A stretch of 63,275 nucleotides of DNA, counting the filler, from Armatimonadota bacterium (GTDB lineage: Bacteria > Armatimonadota > Fimbriimonadia > Fimbriimonadales > Fimbriimonadaceae): NCBI GenBank assembly GCA_031400935.1. It is 9 parts of 9 records of this genome, joined end to end, with 100 filler letters (N's around TTAATTAATTAA, not from the genome) between each part and the next. Parts side by side here need not be neighbours in the genome. Positions count along the whole stretch, not along the records: positions 47,543 to 50,661 come from JANNQV010000040.1; positions 50,762 to 53,503 come from JANNQV010000042.1; positions 53,604 to 56,153 come from JANNQV010000043.1; positions 56,254 to 58,758 come from JANNQV010000044.1; 5 more parts are not named here. One strand, given 5' to 3'. Positions 47,543 through 57,412 of this stretch are shown piece by piece (the first letter of the stretch is position 1; each line of letters opens with the position of its first letter). Below the pieces are notes generated by a model that saw nothing but the letters and a program-made list of their open reading frames with translations, searched no databases and had not been told where the DNA came from. Position numbers and translations under genes: made by a program.

Positions 47543-48614
47543 CGCCAGAATCATCACTTGAAACGACTGCAAAGGCAGCTGGCTCGCTTGTGTTCCGATG
47601 AATTGATAGTTCGCCTAGAATTGGATTTGGCAAGCGCTGATGCCCGCTCTTTAGGTCAAGAGCTAGTTGAATTAGGTCGCTCACAACGCCCGAAGCAGTC
47701 GTGCCTGCTCCTGCTCCAGAACCTCGAAATTGCAATTTACCGATTGGGTTTGCTTCTAATTGAACTATGTTCTCGGTTCCATCTACGCCAAAGAGGGAAT
47801 GGGACGGGAAGACGAAAACTGTTTCTACGTTTGCAGTTTGGGAATCCTCGATGTTCGAAAACCGCGCCGCAAGTTTGATTTGGCAACCCAGCGCAGAGGC
47901 AGCCAGAATTGTGGAGTTTGAGATTTGACGGATGGATTTGCGGCGAATAAGCTCCGGGTCTAACCATAGGCCTGTACCTAGCGAAGCCAGAATCGAAAGC
48001 TTGTAGGCCGCATCCCAGCCGTCAACATCGCTCGATGGATCGGCTTCCGCATATCCAAGCTCTTTGGCTTCATCAAGTGCCTCTTCAAATTCAAGATTTG
48101 AATCTCGCATTCGAGTGAGAATGAAGTTTGTCGTGCCGTTGAGGATTCCAGTTATGGAATCAATATGATTGCCAGCGAGTCCGACTTCCAGGCTAGAAAG
48201 AATCGGAATTCCGGCACAAACTGCAGCCTCGTATCGAAAGCCAACTTCATTCTTTCGTGCCAAAGCAATTAGGGCCGGCCAATGCTTTGCAACGACAAGC
48301 TTGTTTGCCGTTGCGGTTGGCTTTTTCAATTCCAGGGCGCGGGAAATGCATGAATATGCAGGTTCTTCTCCACCCATCACTTCGGCAATGAGTTGGCAAT
48401 CCGGGTCGTTTATGACCTCCATTGCATCAATCGTCAGCGACGATGAATCAATAGAATTGTGTTTGGAAAGATCTCGAACTGCGATTCTTCGGATGGAAAG
48501 CCGGACGCCGCGCCTTTGCGCGATTTCTTCGCCATTTGCTTCAAGGAGGTCATGGATGCCTTTTCCCACGGTTCCATAACCGAGAAGTCCGATTCCGATT
48601 TCCGTCATTTTCAT
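47543..48614 (-). CDS. hom: Homoserine dehydrogenase (C-terminus cut)
   Basis: GYGTVG, TANK, YEAAVCAGIP, GILNGTTNFIL, GYAEADP..DVDG.DAA.K. Confidence 0.95.
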
Positions 48615-49060
48615 GCCAGAAATAGAAGCGGCTCGCCAAGATTGACCAATGCGCCATTTTCTAATGGAGTGCTTTGAACCGTGCCTGCCATTGTCGCTGT
48701 GACTTCGTTAAACACTTTCATCGCCTCGATAAGGGCGATGATCTGACCGGCTTCAATACGGTCCCCGACCTTAACAAATGGCGGAGAAGTGGGGCTCGAA
48801 GCTGAATAATAGATTCCGGTCATCGGGCTAGAAATTGGGATCCCGGGAGGTAGCTGCGGCGCTACCAGTGCCTTGTGGTGAACAGTTTCTTCATGAAACG
48901 ACGGTTGGCCATTCGTAGAATCGGTCCTAACTGTATTCTTGCGAAAAGCAACTTTCCAATCTTCTCCAGAAAGCTCGGCTTCTGAAAGTCCGAATTCTGA
49001 CATCAGGTCTGCCAGCGCGTTAGCGCGTTTTGCGAAATCACTCACGGGAATAGGATACAC
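48611..49060 (-). CDS. accB: Biotin carboxyl carrier protein
   Basis: SPMTGIYY, IEAMKVFNE biotinylation motif. Confidence 0.92.
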   Translation of the reverse strand: MYPIPVSDFAKRANALADLMSEFGLSEAELSGEDWKVAFRKNTVRTDSTNGQPSFHEETVHHKALVAPQLPPGIPISSPMTGIYYSASSPTSPPFVKVGDRIEAGQIIALIEAMKVFNEVTATMAGTVQSTPLENGALVNLGEPLLFLA

Positions 49061-49076
49061 GATTTGAGTCTGAGGA

Positions 49077-49286
49077 TGGGGTATTGGGTAGGGATTAGCA
49101 CAGGGTATGTGGTTCAGGGTTTAGGGTCGGCGATCGGAATATTGCTCAACGAAAGCGAAATTTTGATTGCAAACCATTCCTCCCGATGGCTGGAATTGTT
49201 GGACAAATGACCGCTTGCTTTGTACTCTTTACCCCATACCCTTCACCCTGCACCCTGCACCCTGCACCCTGAAACCCTATACCCAT
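49077..49286. repeat. Inverted pair of 7-mer arrays (CAGGGTN ... YACCCTG) in the divergent accB/trpB spacer
   Basis: Left 49077-49128; right 49223-49286 including 4 perfect CACCCTG. Confidence 0.82.
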
Positions 49287-49346
49287 CCAATGCGTCAAAC
49301 TCGGCGCACTCCCAAACGCCGTCCCATAAAACGTAAAATACAATTC

Positions 49347-50519
49347 ATGGCATCAGAAGTCCCTGGAAGGTTTGGAGCGTACGGCGGGAGATATGTGCCA
49401 GAAACGCTAGTGCCAGCCCTCGATGAAGTTGACCAAGAATTTCGAACCGCCTGGGCAGACTCAGATTTTAGAAATGAATTTGAGCGCTTGCTCCATGAAT
49501 ACGTTGGTCGCCCCACGCCAATTACTTTTGCAGAAAGACTTTCAGAAGACACCGGACTCCATGTTACGATCAAGCGCGAAGACCTGAACCACACTGGCGC
49601 TCATAAAATCAACAACGCACTTGGCCAAGTTTTGCTTGCTCGACGAATGGGCAAAGAGAGAATCATCGCGGAAACGGGTGCCGGACAACACGGAGTCGCA
49701 ACCGCAACGGTTTGCGCCCTTTTTGGGCTGCCATGCGAAGTCTATATGGGCGAAGAAGACTGTGTCCGACAGCAGTTAAACGTTTTCCGAATGAAGCTTT
49801 TGGGCGCAAAAGTCATTCCGGTTTCGAGTGGAACAAAAACGCTCAAAGACGCCCTTAACGAGTCACTGAGAGATTGGGTGACGAATGTTCGAACGACGCA
49901 TTACGTAATTGGGACAGCCGCTGGGCCGCACCCGTATCCGACAATGGTTCGAGAGTTTCAATCGGTTATCGGGAAAGAAGCAAGACAGCAATATCAAGAT
50001 CGTTTCAACTGTTTGCCAGATTCAGCCGTTGCCTGCGTCGGCGGCGGATCGAACGCAATCGGATTCTTTGCGCCATTTTTAGAAACAAATGTGAAGTTGA
50101 TAGGCGTAGAAGCGGCGGGCCACGGAATTGAGACTGGGAAGCACGCGGCGCCATTGAATGCTGGAACTCCAGGGGTACTTCATGGCTCGTTTTCGTATGT
50201 GATTCAAGACGAATTTGGACAAATTCAAGAGACTCATTCCGTTTCGGCGGGGCTAGATTATCCGGGAGTTGGAGCGGAACATTCGTTCTTGAAAGATTCA
50301 GGAAGAGCCTCTTACGAATCTGCAACAGATACTGAAGCACTCGATGCTTTTCGCTGGGTCGCCGAGAGAGAAGGAATCATTCCTGCATTTGAATCCGCAC
50401 ATGCATTCGCTATACTGCGGCGCAGCGATCTTTTCCAAACTGGAGAACGAGTCCTTGTAAATCTAAGCGGCCGCGGCGACAAAGACATGGAGACCGCAAG
50501 CCGAATTCTGAAATTGTAA
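49347..50519 (+). CDS. trpB: Tryptophan synthase beta chain
   Basis: [50 protein letters not shown]. Confidence 0.98.
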   Translation: MASEVPGRFGAYGGRYVPETLVPALDEVDQEFRTAWADSDFRNEFERLLHEYVGRPTPITFAERLSEDTGLHVTIKREDLNHTGAHKINNALGQVLLARRMGKERIIAETGAGQHGVATATVCALFGLPCEVYMGEEDCVRQQLNVFRMKLLGAKVIPVSSGTKTLKDALNESLRDWVTNVRTTHYVIGTAAGPHPYPTMVREFQSVIGKEARQQYQDRFNCLPDSAVACVGGGSNAIGFFAPFLETNVKLIGVEAAGHGIETGKHAAPLNAGTPGVLHGSFSYVIQDEFGQIQETHSVSAGLDYPGVGAEHSFLKDSGRASYESATDTEALDAFRWVAEREGIIPAFESAHAFAILRRSDLFQTGERVLVNLSGRGDKDMETASRILKL

Positions 50520-50526
50520 GCACAAG

Positions 50527-50661
50527 CTATTTCTTTTCTTCGAGCCGTTTGAGGTTTGGAGACATATTTGACATCATCGAGTTAATGTCCATTGAACCAA
50601 GTTGGGATGTTGCTTGAGCAGAACTTGGAGGTCCCCATTGAAGCTCTTTTGTATCTTCAGA
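50527..50661 (-). CDS. 3' end of an unknown gene (cut by contig end)
   Basis: Open frame SEDTKELQWGPP...KRLEEKK*. Confidence 0.45.
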   Translation of the reverse strand, partial: SEDTKELQWGPPSSAQATSQLGSMDINSMMSNMSPNLKRLEEKK

Positions 50662-50761
50662 NNNNNNNNNNNNNNNNNNNNNNNNNNNNNNNNNNNNNNN
50701 NNNNNTTAATTAATTAANNNNNNNNNNNNNNNNNNNNNNNNNNNNNNNNNNNNNNNNNNNN

Positions 50762-51418
50762 AACTTCCCGTTCACATTGGAAGACGTGCCGATTTCCATC
50801 CTTGCTAAGGGGGCAGAACTTCCGCAGTGGCAACTTGACAGGTTCAAGCTCGTCTCTGTACTTCAACCTAGCCCCACAAAGACTACAAGACCTATTAAGG
50901 CAATTGAGTTGGTCCCCATGGGCGCAGCGCGAATCCGGATCACGGCATTTCCATGGATATCCAAAGACGCAAAGCGATGGCAAGCTCCGCCTACTGTGCT
51001 TCCATTCCACCCATCTGCCTCTCATGTTTATGAAGACGACGACTTGAATGCTGTCTGTGACCAAATTTTGCCTCGATCTTCCGGAGATCACGGCATTCCT
51101 AGGTTCACCTGGTGGCCGAACAAAGGCACGGAAGAGTGGATTGAATACCGATTCGATTCACCCAGGCTGGTTTCAAGCGTCAGGGTGTATTGGTTCGACG
51201 ATACCGGCAGAGGAGAGTGCAGAGTCCCGAAGTCGTGGTTGCTTCATGGGTTCATAAATGGCAAGCCAGTTGACTTGTCACTATTGAGCTCGCCAACATG
51301 CGAGAGAAATAAGTACAACATATTGAAGTTTCTTCCGACAAGAGTTGACCGTTTACGGATCAGCGCGAAATTGCAGGACGAGTTCTCCGCGGGAATTCTG
51401 GAATGGCAGGTGAGATAG
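50762..51418 (+). CDS. C-terminal part of a GH127/GH146-like glycoside hydrolase with discoidin-type domain
   Basis: IELVPMGAARIRITAFP; RFTWW...EWIEY.F, VYWFDDTGRGECRVP.SW, SAGILEW. Confidence 0.72.
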   Translation, partial: NFPFTLEDVPISILAKGAELPQWQLDRFKLVSVLQPSPTKTTRPIKAIELVPMGAARIRITAFPWISKDAKRWQAPPTVLPFHPSASHVYEDDDLNAVCDQILPRSSGDHGIPRFTWWPNKGTEEWIEYRFDSPRLVSSVRVYWFDDTGRGECRVPKSWLLHGFINGKPVDLSLLSSPTCERNKYNILKFLPTRVDRLRISAKLQDEFSAGILEWQVR

Positions 51419-51438
51419 GATAATGGATTAATATCATA

Positions 51439-52368
51439 CTATTTCTTCAAAGGCAGTCTAGTTCTGTAGATGGAAGATATTTTCCTCTCCTTGCGATATT
51501 CAGGCCTCGGGTGAATGTCGCCTGGTGAACTCAGTTCCCATTTGTAGATTTCGGTTGAATTCATCAAATTTAGAATAGGTACAAATCGCTTGTTCGAGTA
51601 AAGGTCTCTCGGCCACACAACGGGATTCTGGATTGTGTTAGCAATGCAAATCTTGTCATCTGTCAAGAGGTTCCAAACAAAGACGTTCGGATAGTCAACA
51701 ATTACGGCGTGATTGTCATCTGCCATGCCTGTAAAGTTACTTCGATATGAATCTTCGTCTACAAAATCGTAATCTCTCCTAAGGTTTCCCGATTCAAAAT
51801 AGACGACATCAATGAACGAATGAAAATGTCCTGGCTCCAATATGTGATCATCATAGGAAAAGCGATATTTCCACTTTGTCGGTACGTTTGTATTCGCAAT
51901 TGGAGCTAGCGCAATGCGTACTGGTTCTTCGATTGCTGGAACAAGTCCGCCAGAATCAATGACGATCTGCGTCGCAAGTTGTGCTGGAGTCGTATCAACG
52001 ACCGTATAACCGCCTGGAGACGGCACACATGGCATTGTGATTCGTCCCTCAGCTTTTGCGGTTGGCAGACTTAGATCAAGGTGCATCCCTCGAACGATTC
52101 CGCACCGAATTACCAACTCTCGCTCTCTGCCATCCAAGGAAACTCGCATAATGTTTCCCGTTTCAAAATCCTGGTAATAGAGGCACTGGTTCGAGTTGGC
52201 AAGTGATTTGACTTCACCGATTGGCTGCAGGCGCCCTCTAGCACTTGCCATATCCGATTCCGACCCAGAATAGGTTATTTTCTCCTTCTTTGATGAGCAC
52301 GACGTGCAGGAGCCTAGGCACAACAAAAGCGCGATTCCGCAAATCTGAGAGCGAATTGCTGACTTCAT
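51439..52368 (-). CDS. Lipoprotein of unknown function
   Basis: LGS-C lipobox; AT-richer than neighbours by eye. Confidence 0.7.
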   Translation of the reverse strand: MKSAIRSQICGIALLLCLGSCTSCSSKKEKITYSGSESDMASARGRLQPIGEVKSLANSNQCLYYQDFETGNIMRVSLDGRERELVIRCGIVRGMHLDLSLPTAKAEGRITMPCVPSPGGYTVVDTTPAQLATQIVIDSGGLVPAIEEPVRIALAPIANTNVPTKWKYRFSYDDHILEPGHFHSFIDVVYFESGNLRRDYDFVDEDSYRSNFTGMADDNHAVIVDYPNVFVWNLLTDDKICIANTIQNPVVWPRDLYSNKRFVPILNLMNSTEIYKWELSSPGDIHPRPEYRKERKISSIYRTRLPLKK

Positions 52369-52371
52369 TCG

Positions 52372-53502
52372 TTATTCCTGACTCATCAGTCTCGTCGCAG
52401 CACTCACCGGACCAAACACCTTCCGAACTGGAAATCCGGAACCCACAGCAAAACTCTCGCCAAAGAATCCCCAAGCAGCACATCCGTCGAGTGATTCGGG
52501 CTCCAATAGATGAAACGCGAGCAAACCCAATGGCTGATCCGCTCTCACTAGGTATGAGCCAGAAGGAGCTGAAAACGGCGCGGACGCAAACGTGCCCGCT
52601 AAGGTGACTAGCTTGTGCCCCTGAAACGCTTGGCCGGCTTGCTTAAACTCTTTGATTTCAAATCGCTCGGCGTCTCCGGACCAATTTTCGCGTAGCTTTT
52701 CAACTGAAATTCCTTGTGCTAAGAGCAAATTGACTGCCTTTGTTGCGTCAGAAGGCAGCAAATACGCCATGGGAACGCGGGCGGTTCTAGATGGAACAAA
52801 TCTGTCCCAAACAGGCATTGTGACCGTTTTGAACTCGGTTGGAGCCTTCATGTAGTTGATCTCACTTTGCTTGCGATCAATTTCCAAAATCACCGGTTCT
52901 TCGCCGCGAGATGCCATCTCGAAACGAATGCCGACGTCCCGTTTCCCGCCAATCGAGCGCACCATTTTTGCCCAACGTTCATCAGCCCCACGAGTCATTT
53001 CGATGACCTTTTGAATGTTGCGAATGGTTTCTGTAAGCACGCTTCGCACAAATGCAAGCGTGGATTCAACCCTCAACTTGAACGGCTGAAAACTGGCTGC
53101 TTCGCTGAGAACTGCGATTCGATTACGGGTTCCGGCATAGTTAGTAACGTACCGAGGCTCCCACCCGAATGTGGCATAGACGTCTTTGCCATCACGCTTT
53201 TCGGCGTTGCCGTAATCAATCAGATTCCAACCCAGCTTTGCGAGTGTGTCTTTTCGAATCTTGGGAAGCAGAACGTCGCGCGTGAACCCAAGCACTTTTG
53301 CATCGCTGGTTGGGTTCAGGCAAGGCGAATAGGTGAGAACATAGCCATGACGGGTTCCGTTCGTAGTGTGCAGGTCCATCATCACTTCGGGGTCCCAAGT
53401 GTTGTAAACGTGCTTCAAAACGGCCTGCATTTCGGGCGATTCGGCCTTCATGCAATCACGGTTGAGGTCTAGCCCGCCGCCATTTGCCCGTTCGCCAACC
53501 GG
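52372..53502 (-). CDS. M14 zinc carboxypeptidase family (N-terminus cut)
   Basis: RAN..GLDLNRD.MKAESPE, DLHTTNG, PRY..NY.G.RN, LLEPES.DG. Confidence 0.88.
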   Translation of the reverse strand, partial: PVGERANGGGLDLNRDCMKAESPEMQAVLKHVYNTWDPEVMMDLHTTNGTRHGYVLTYSPCLNPTSDAKVLGFTRDVLLPKIRKDTLAKLGWNLIDYGNAEKRDGKDVYATFGWEPRYVTNYAGTRNRIAVLSEAASFQPFKLRVESTLAFVRSVLTETIRNIQKVIEMTRGADERWAKMVRSIGGKRDVGIRFEMASRGEEPVILEIDRKQSEINYMKAPTEFKTVTMPVWDRFVPSRTARVPMAYLLPSDATKAVNLLLAQGISVEKLRENWSGDAERFEIKEFKQAGQAFQGHKLVTLAGTFASAPFSAPSGSYLVRADQPLGLLAFHLLEPESLDGCAAWGFFGESFAVGSGFPVRKVFGPVSAATRLMSQE

Positions 53503-53603
53503 GNNNNNNNNNNNNNNNNNNNNNNNNNNNNNNNNNNNNNNNNNNNNTTAATTAATTAANNNNNNNNNNNNNNNNNNNNNNNNNNNNNNNNNNNNNNNNN
53601 NNN

Positions 53604-53792
53604 CCAGTCAGGGCTCGTTACGAGTGCCAACGACAACGATGGGCCAACGGTTATAGATGCAGTTGCAGAAGTGTCAACTACTTGCGCTCGCGACATTGAG
53701 CACAGAATTACCATTCCTAGAGTCGCCAAGAGCGACGATTTCATTTTTCTCTTAATCAATTTGTTTCCCTCCCCAAAATGAATCCCATCCAT
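53604..53792 (-). CDS. 5' part of a secreted protein (cut by contig end)
   Basis: Signal peptide ending SRA-Q, then ATASITVGPSLSL; GGGGAGG upstream. Confidence 0.55.
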
Positions 53793-53896
53793 GATGTCAA
53801 CGGATTCACATTGGAACTTATTCCTGTTATTGGTTAGCGAGAGGAGAATCTTTATGTTTGGGGTTGGTAAGTGGTTGGCGGACTAATGTGAAGGGC

Positions 53897-53945
53897 ACAA
53901 AAACGTGTCCCTCGACCCTTGCTTCGCGGTGAGGGCCGAGGGATC
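53897..53945 (-). terminator. Probable terminator hairpin downstream of lipoprotein gene
   Basis: Stem 53908-53919/53932-53943 with a T run on the minus strand. Confidence 0.5.
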
Positions 53946-53952
53946 AAAATTA

Positions 53953-54402
53953 CTATTCTGGATAATACTGGGTCACTATTACTTCGTTTTCTGGATCTGA
54001 CAGTAATCGGGTCAATATCACTATTGATTTTCCCTTGACCACAGCATCGAGGGAAATCCGGCCAGAATCAGGAGGCACATGTAGTAACAAACGAGCCTCG
54101 TTCGTTGTCATGTCGTACAGATACCCTTCCGGCAAATATAGACCAGACCCTCTCTCAACACTTACAAAAAAGTACCGATGACCTTCGAATTGTAGGTTTC
54201 GAGTAAAGGGTGTTCTTCCTGAATTCTTCAATTCTTCAAGAATGTTAACTATTTCCGAATTCATTTTTTCCGTCCCTTTAGATTTTCTATTGAACTGTTT
54301 GGAATCCAAATTGTCGGCTTTAGGTATCGGTGTGGTGGAACAACTACTCAGTACCAAGCTGACAAGTAAGATCCCAATTACCGTTCCAACAACATCTTTC
54401 AT
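53953..54402 (-). CDS. Lipoprotein of unknown function
   Basis: MKDVVG...LSS-C lipobox. Confidence 0.7.
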   Translation of the reverse strand: MKDVVGTVIGILLVSLVLSSCSTTPIPKADNLDSKQFNRKSKGTEKMNSEIVNILEELKNSGRTPFTRNLQFEGHRYFFVSVERGSGLYLPEGYLYDMTTNEARLLLHVPPDSGRISLDAVVKGKSIVILTRLLSDPENEVIVTQYYPE

Positions 54403-54442
54403 CGTGAGGACACACAATAATGCTGGCAAACTGTGTCATACA

Positions 54443-54818
54443 CGGGTGGGCGGGACATCTTTCAGACTCCTCTAAATGGGGGCCACGGCCAAGCGATTCG
54501 TACTGATCCGAATTGTCGCTGAACATGGATAGCTTGACCGTGCTCATTTCCCAATCTTACTCACTTTTCCTCAAGCACTGACAACTTCGTTCCTCATTTG
54601 GCAGTGGTACCAACAATAGATCATTTCAAGTTATCCTGCGACGGGTGGCCGGGCTCAGTAGTAATTCCCTTTTGTGGGTGCCACTGTTATCTGAGGAACC
54701 AAGATTGCAGTGAGTTACAGAAGAAGAAGTCAGATTGGTAAATCAGCACTGCCTTGCTCGTTCCTCGCAAGACAGTGGCACCCATTGGGAGGTCTTTCAA
54801 AGATATCCCGCCCAACCG
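54443..54818. repeat. Nested REP/REPIN-like island: outer 38-nt inverted repeat enclosing three CACTG-N6-[GAGGAACGA]-N6-CAGTG hairpins (family B)
   Basis: Outer arms 54443-54480/54781-54818 (30/38 match by hand); hairpins 54576-54606, 54682-54712, 54747-54777. Confidence 0.82.
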
Positions 54819-54931
54819 TCCGGGATCTACGACTAACCCCTTTTCTCCGTTTTCGGCGAAATTGCAAGGTCAAGAATAGTCAGGAAGGGGAATTCCCGAC
54901 CCGGTTGATCCCCCAACTGTCACGACGAAGC

Positions 54932-56152
54932 CTAATCGCTCTCTGTGCTTCCCCATGGACTTGTATAATTCGGCGGCTCTTTGGTTATCCAAACATCATG
55001 AGGATGGCTTTCTCGAAGCCCTGCACCAGTTATTCGAATGAACTCGGCGTTGTCCCTAAGCGCCTGCAAGTTTTCCGCACCGCAATAGCCCATTCCAGAG
55101 CGAAGGCCGCCAACCAGTTGCGCCATGGTATCGCTCAATGCTCCCTTAAATGGAACACGCCCTTCCACGCCTTCCGGGACGATGGTTCCGCCCGCTTCCT
55201 TGACCTGCATGTATCTGTCGCTGGAGCCGGTTTTCATAGCTCCCATCGAACCCATTCCTCGATACACTTTGTACGCCCGGTTTCGATAAATCTCAATTTC
55301 GCCTGGCGATTCTTCGCATCCGGCAAACATATTGCCCATCATCACGCAGCTTGCACCAGCGGCGAGGCATTTAACAATGTCGCCGGAACTACGGATTCCG
55401 CCATCGGCAATTGTTGGAATTCCAAGCTCGTTCGCTTCCTCGCAGCAATCTTGAACGGCTGTAAATTGGGGAACTCCTACACCTGCCACAACCCTTGTCG
55501 TGCAGATTGAGCCAGCACCAATGCCAACTCTCAGGCCGTCTGCGCCAGCTTTGGCCAAATCGCGAACCGATTTCTTTGTTGAGACGTTTCCTGCGATCAC
55601 TTTAAGGCCAGGAAGCTTTGATTTGAGCATTCTCACGCATTCGATCACACCTTTTGAATGTCCGTGCGCGGCATCTATCACAACGAAATCCACACCAGCG
55701 TCCAGAAGAGCTTGAGAACGCTCTAATGGCTGGCGTAGCGCACCAATAGCTGCTCCGCAAACCAAACGGCCGTTATCGTCTTTAGTCGAATTCGGATGGC
55801 GTTTCACTTTGAGAATATCTTTAATAGTGATAAGCCCGACCAGGTGGCGATTCTCGTCCACAATGGGCAGCTTTTCAATTCGGTGATGAGAAAGAATCTG
55901 CTCTGCAATTTCTAAATCGGTTCCGACAGCAGCCGTTATCAATCCTTTCTTGGTCATTCGCTCCCGAATCAACTTTGTAAAATCAGTTTCAAATCGAATA
56001 TCGCGATGAGTAAGAATTCCGACAAGTTTGCCTTTCTTGTCAACGATGGGAACGCCTGAGATGTGAAAGTGGTCCATTAGGGCGATAGCTTCTGAGATCG
56101 GCTTATCGGGCTCCAACTTGATCGGATTCGTGATGACCCCGTGCTCACTTCG
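54932..56152 (-). CDS. guaB: IMP dehydrogenase (N-terminus cut)
   Basis: CBS pair, [38 protein letters not shown]. Confidence 0.98.
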   Translation of the reverse strand, partial: RSEHGVITNPIKLEPDKPISEAIALMDHFHISGVPIVDKKGKLVGILTHRDIRFETDFTKLIRERMTKKGLITAAVGTDLEIAEQILSHHRIEKLPIVDENRHLVGLITIKDILKVKRHPNSTKDDNGRLVCGAAIGALRQPLERSQALLDAGVDFVVIDAAHGHSKGVIECVRMLKSKLPGLKVIAGNVSTKKSVRDLAKAGADGLRVGIGAGSICTTRVVAGVGVPQFTAVQDCCEEANELGIPTIADGGIRSSGDIVKCLAAGASCVMMGNMFAGCEESPGEIEIYRNRAYKVYRGMGSMGAMKTGSSDRYMQVKEAGGTIVPEGVEGRVPFKGALSDTMAQLVGGLRSGMGYCGAENLQALRDNAEFIRITGAGLRESHPHDVWITKEPPNYTSPWGSTESD

Positions 56153-56254
56153 CNNNNNNNNNNNNNNNNNNNNNNNNNNNNNNNNNNNNNNNNNNNNTTA
56201 ATTAATTAANNNNNNNNNNNNNNNNNNNNNNNNNNNNNNNNNNNNNNNNNNNNC

Positions 56255-56464
56255 TTCCGAGACCGAAGACAGAAAAAGCGCGATTTCCGACAGCTTTGGA
56301 TTGCCCGAATCAATGCCGGATGCCGCCAATGCGGCGTGAAATACAGCCTTCTCATTGATGGAATGAACAAGAAGGGAATTCAGGTCAACCGAAAGGTTTT
56401 GAGCGAGCTTGCAATTCACGATTTTGCATCGTTTGAGAAAGTAGTCAAAGAAGCAGTAGCTTAG
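56255..56464 (+). CDS. rplT: 3' part of 50S ribosomal protein L20 (not in ORF track)
   Basis: Own translation FRDRRQKKRDFRQLWIARINAGCR...VNRKVLSELAIHD. Confidence 0.95.
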   Translation, partial: FRDRRQKKRDFRQLWIARINAGCRQCGVKYSLLIDGMNKKGIQVNRKVLSELAIHDFASFEKVVKEAVA

Positions 56465-56533
56465 CGTGGCATAGTGTGTCTTGTCCGTCCCGGCCAGCAT
56501 TTTTAGGCGGAACACTGGGCAATTGACTTTGGC

Positions 56534-56872
56534 TCATAGTTCAGTTAGGGTTGAAACCGCTTCCCGAAGCTGAGCAAGGGGTTCGATACAGAGAGCAAAT
56601 ATAGCGTTAGCATCCACAGCATCGTATCCGTGAGCCAGCAAGTTTCTCAATCGGACAATGTTGGAAGCATCTGGGATTCTTTCAAACAAGTCGGGATCGA
56701 GGCCCCGTATTCGCACCATGGCTTCGCCGATTACCAACAGTTGCCGCTCTATTGCCGACTGCTTTTCCCAATTAGCTTGGTAAGTTTCAAGGTTAACGTT
56801 TACGAGGGCTTCTCGAATCAAATCTGCAGCCCTAATAATGTCGGCTAAGCTTGAAAGAGTTTCACGCCGCAT
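56534..56872 (-). CDS. hepT: HepT-like (DUF86/HEPN) RNase toxin
   Basis: AIERQLLVIGEA, RNLLAHGY (RX4HXY). Confidence 0.9.
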   Translation of the reverse strand: MRRETLSSLADIIRAADLIREALVNVNLETYQANWEKQSAIERQLLVIGEAMVRIRGLDPDLFERIPDASNIVRLRNLLAHGYDAVDANAIFALCIEPLAQLREAVSTLTEL

Positions 56873-57179
56873 AAAAAATCTCGGCGGTCTCTTCTGCGGA
56901 TTCTCGAAAATATGGATTTCGAGCTACGTTCCAATCTACAACATCAACCTTTCTGCCAAGAAGTTCTTCTAGGGCCGCTTGGAGACCAACGAGTCGTTCC
57001 AATGGTGGCAAGGAACGAGATTCTTGTCCGTATTCAACAAGAAAGTCAAAATCGCTCGATTCAAGATTCCATGTCCCCTGAGTAGCACTTCCGAACAATC
57101 TTAGCCTCAGCACAAAAAACTGTCGGCACAACATTTCGATTTCCTTTCTTCTATCCTCAAGTAGCTCCCTTGGCCCCAT
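56862..57179 (-). CDS. mntA: MntA-like minimal nucleotidyltransferase antitoxin
   Basis: LFGS...SDFDFLV, LEELLGRKVDVV, NPYF; TACAAT 6 nt before ATG. Confidence 0.9.
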   Translation of the reverse strand: MGPRELLEDRRKEIEMLCRQFFVLRLRLFGSATQGTWNLESSDFDFLVEYGQESRSLPPLERLVGLQAALEELLGRKVDVVDWNVARNPYFRESAEETAEIFYAA

Positions 57180-57412
57180 TGCTCCATTGTAGACCATCTT
57201 TTGTCGAGTGAACGGGCAGAATTGGATTTGTCTCTCGTCGATGCTTTACGTGAATTGTGTAAGATTGGTAAATGAGCCAGGACAAGCAATCCAAGTTTGC
57301 GAGAAATTCCAGAGGGGGACGAATCGCTTGACCGTGGCACGATTTTTTGAAGACCGAAAGTTTTCCCGGACACTTGCGAAGTAAGCACATTGTGTTCTAA
57401 ATTCAAAGAGTC

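Noticed and set aside
54710..55510. 266-aa plus-strand ORF, and similar long antisense ORFs at 39976-40740, 52867-53472 and 56198-56515
   Set aside because: Shadows of guaB, the DASS gene (alternate frame, same strand), the M14 peptidase and rplT; no motifs of their own.
56465..56530. Possible REP remnant after rplT
   Set aside because: Too degenerate; no convincing stem or second copy in the window.
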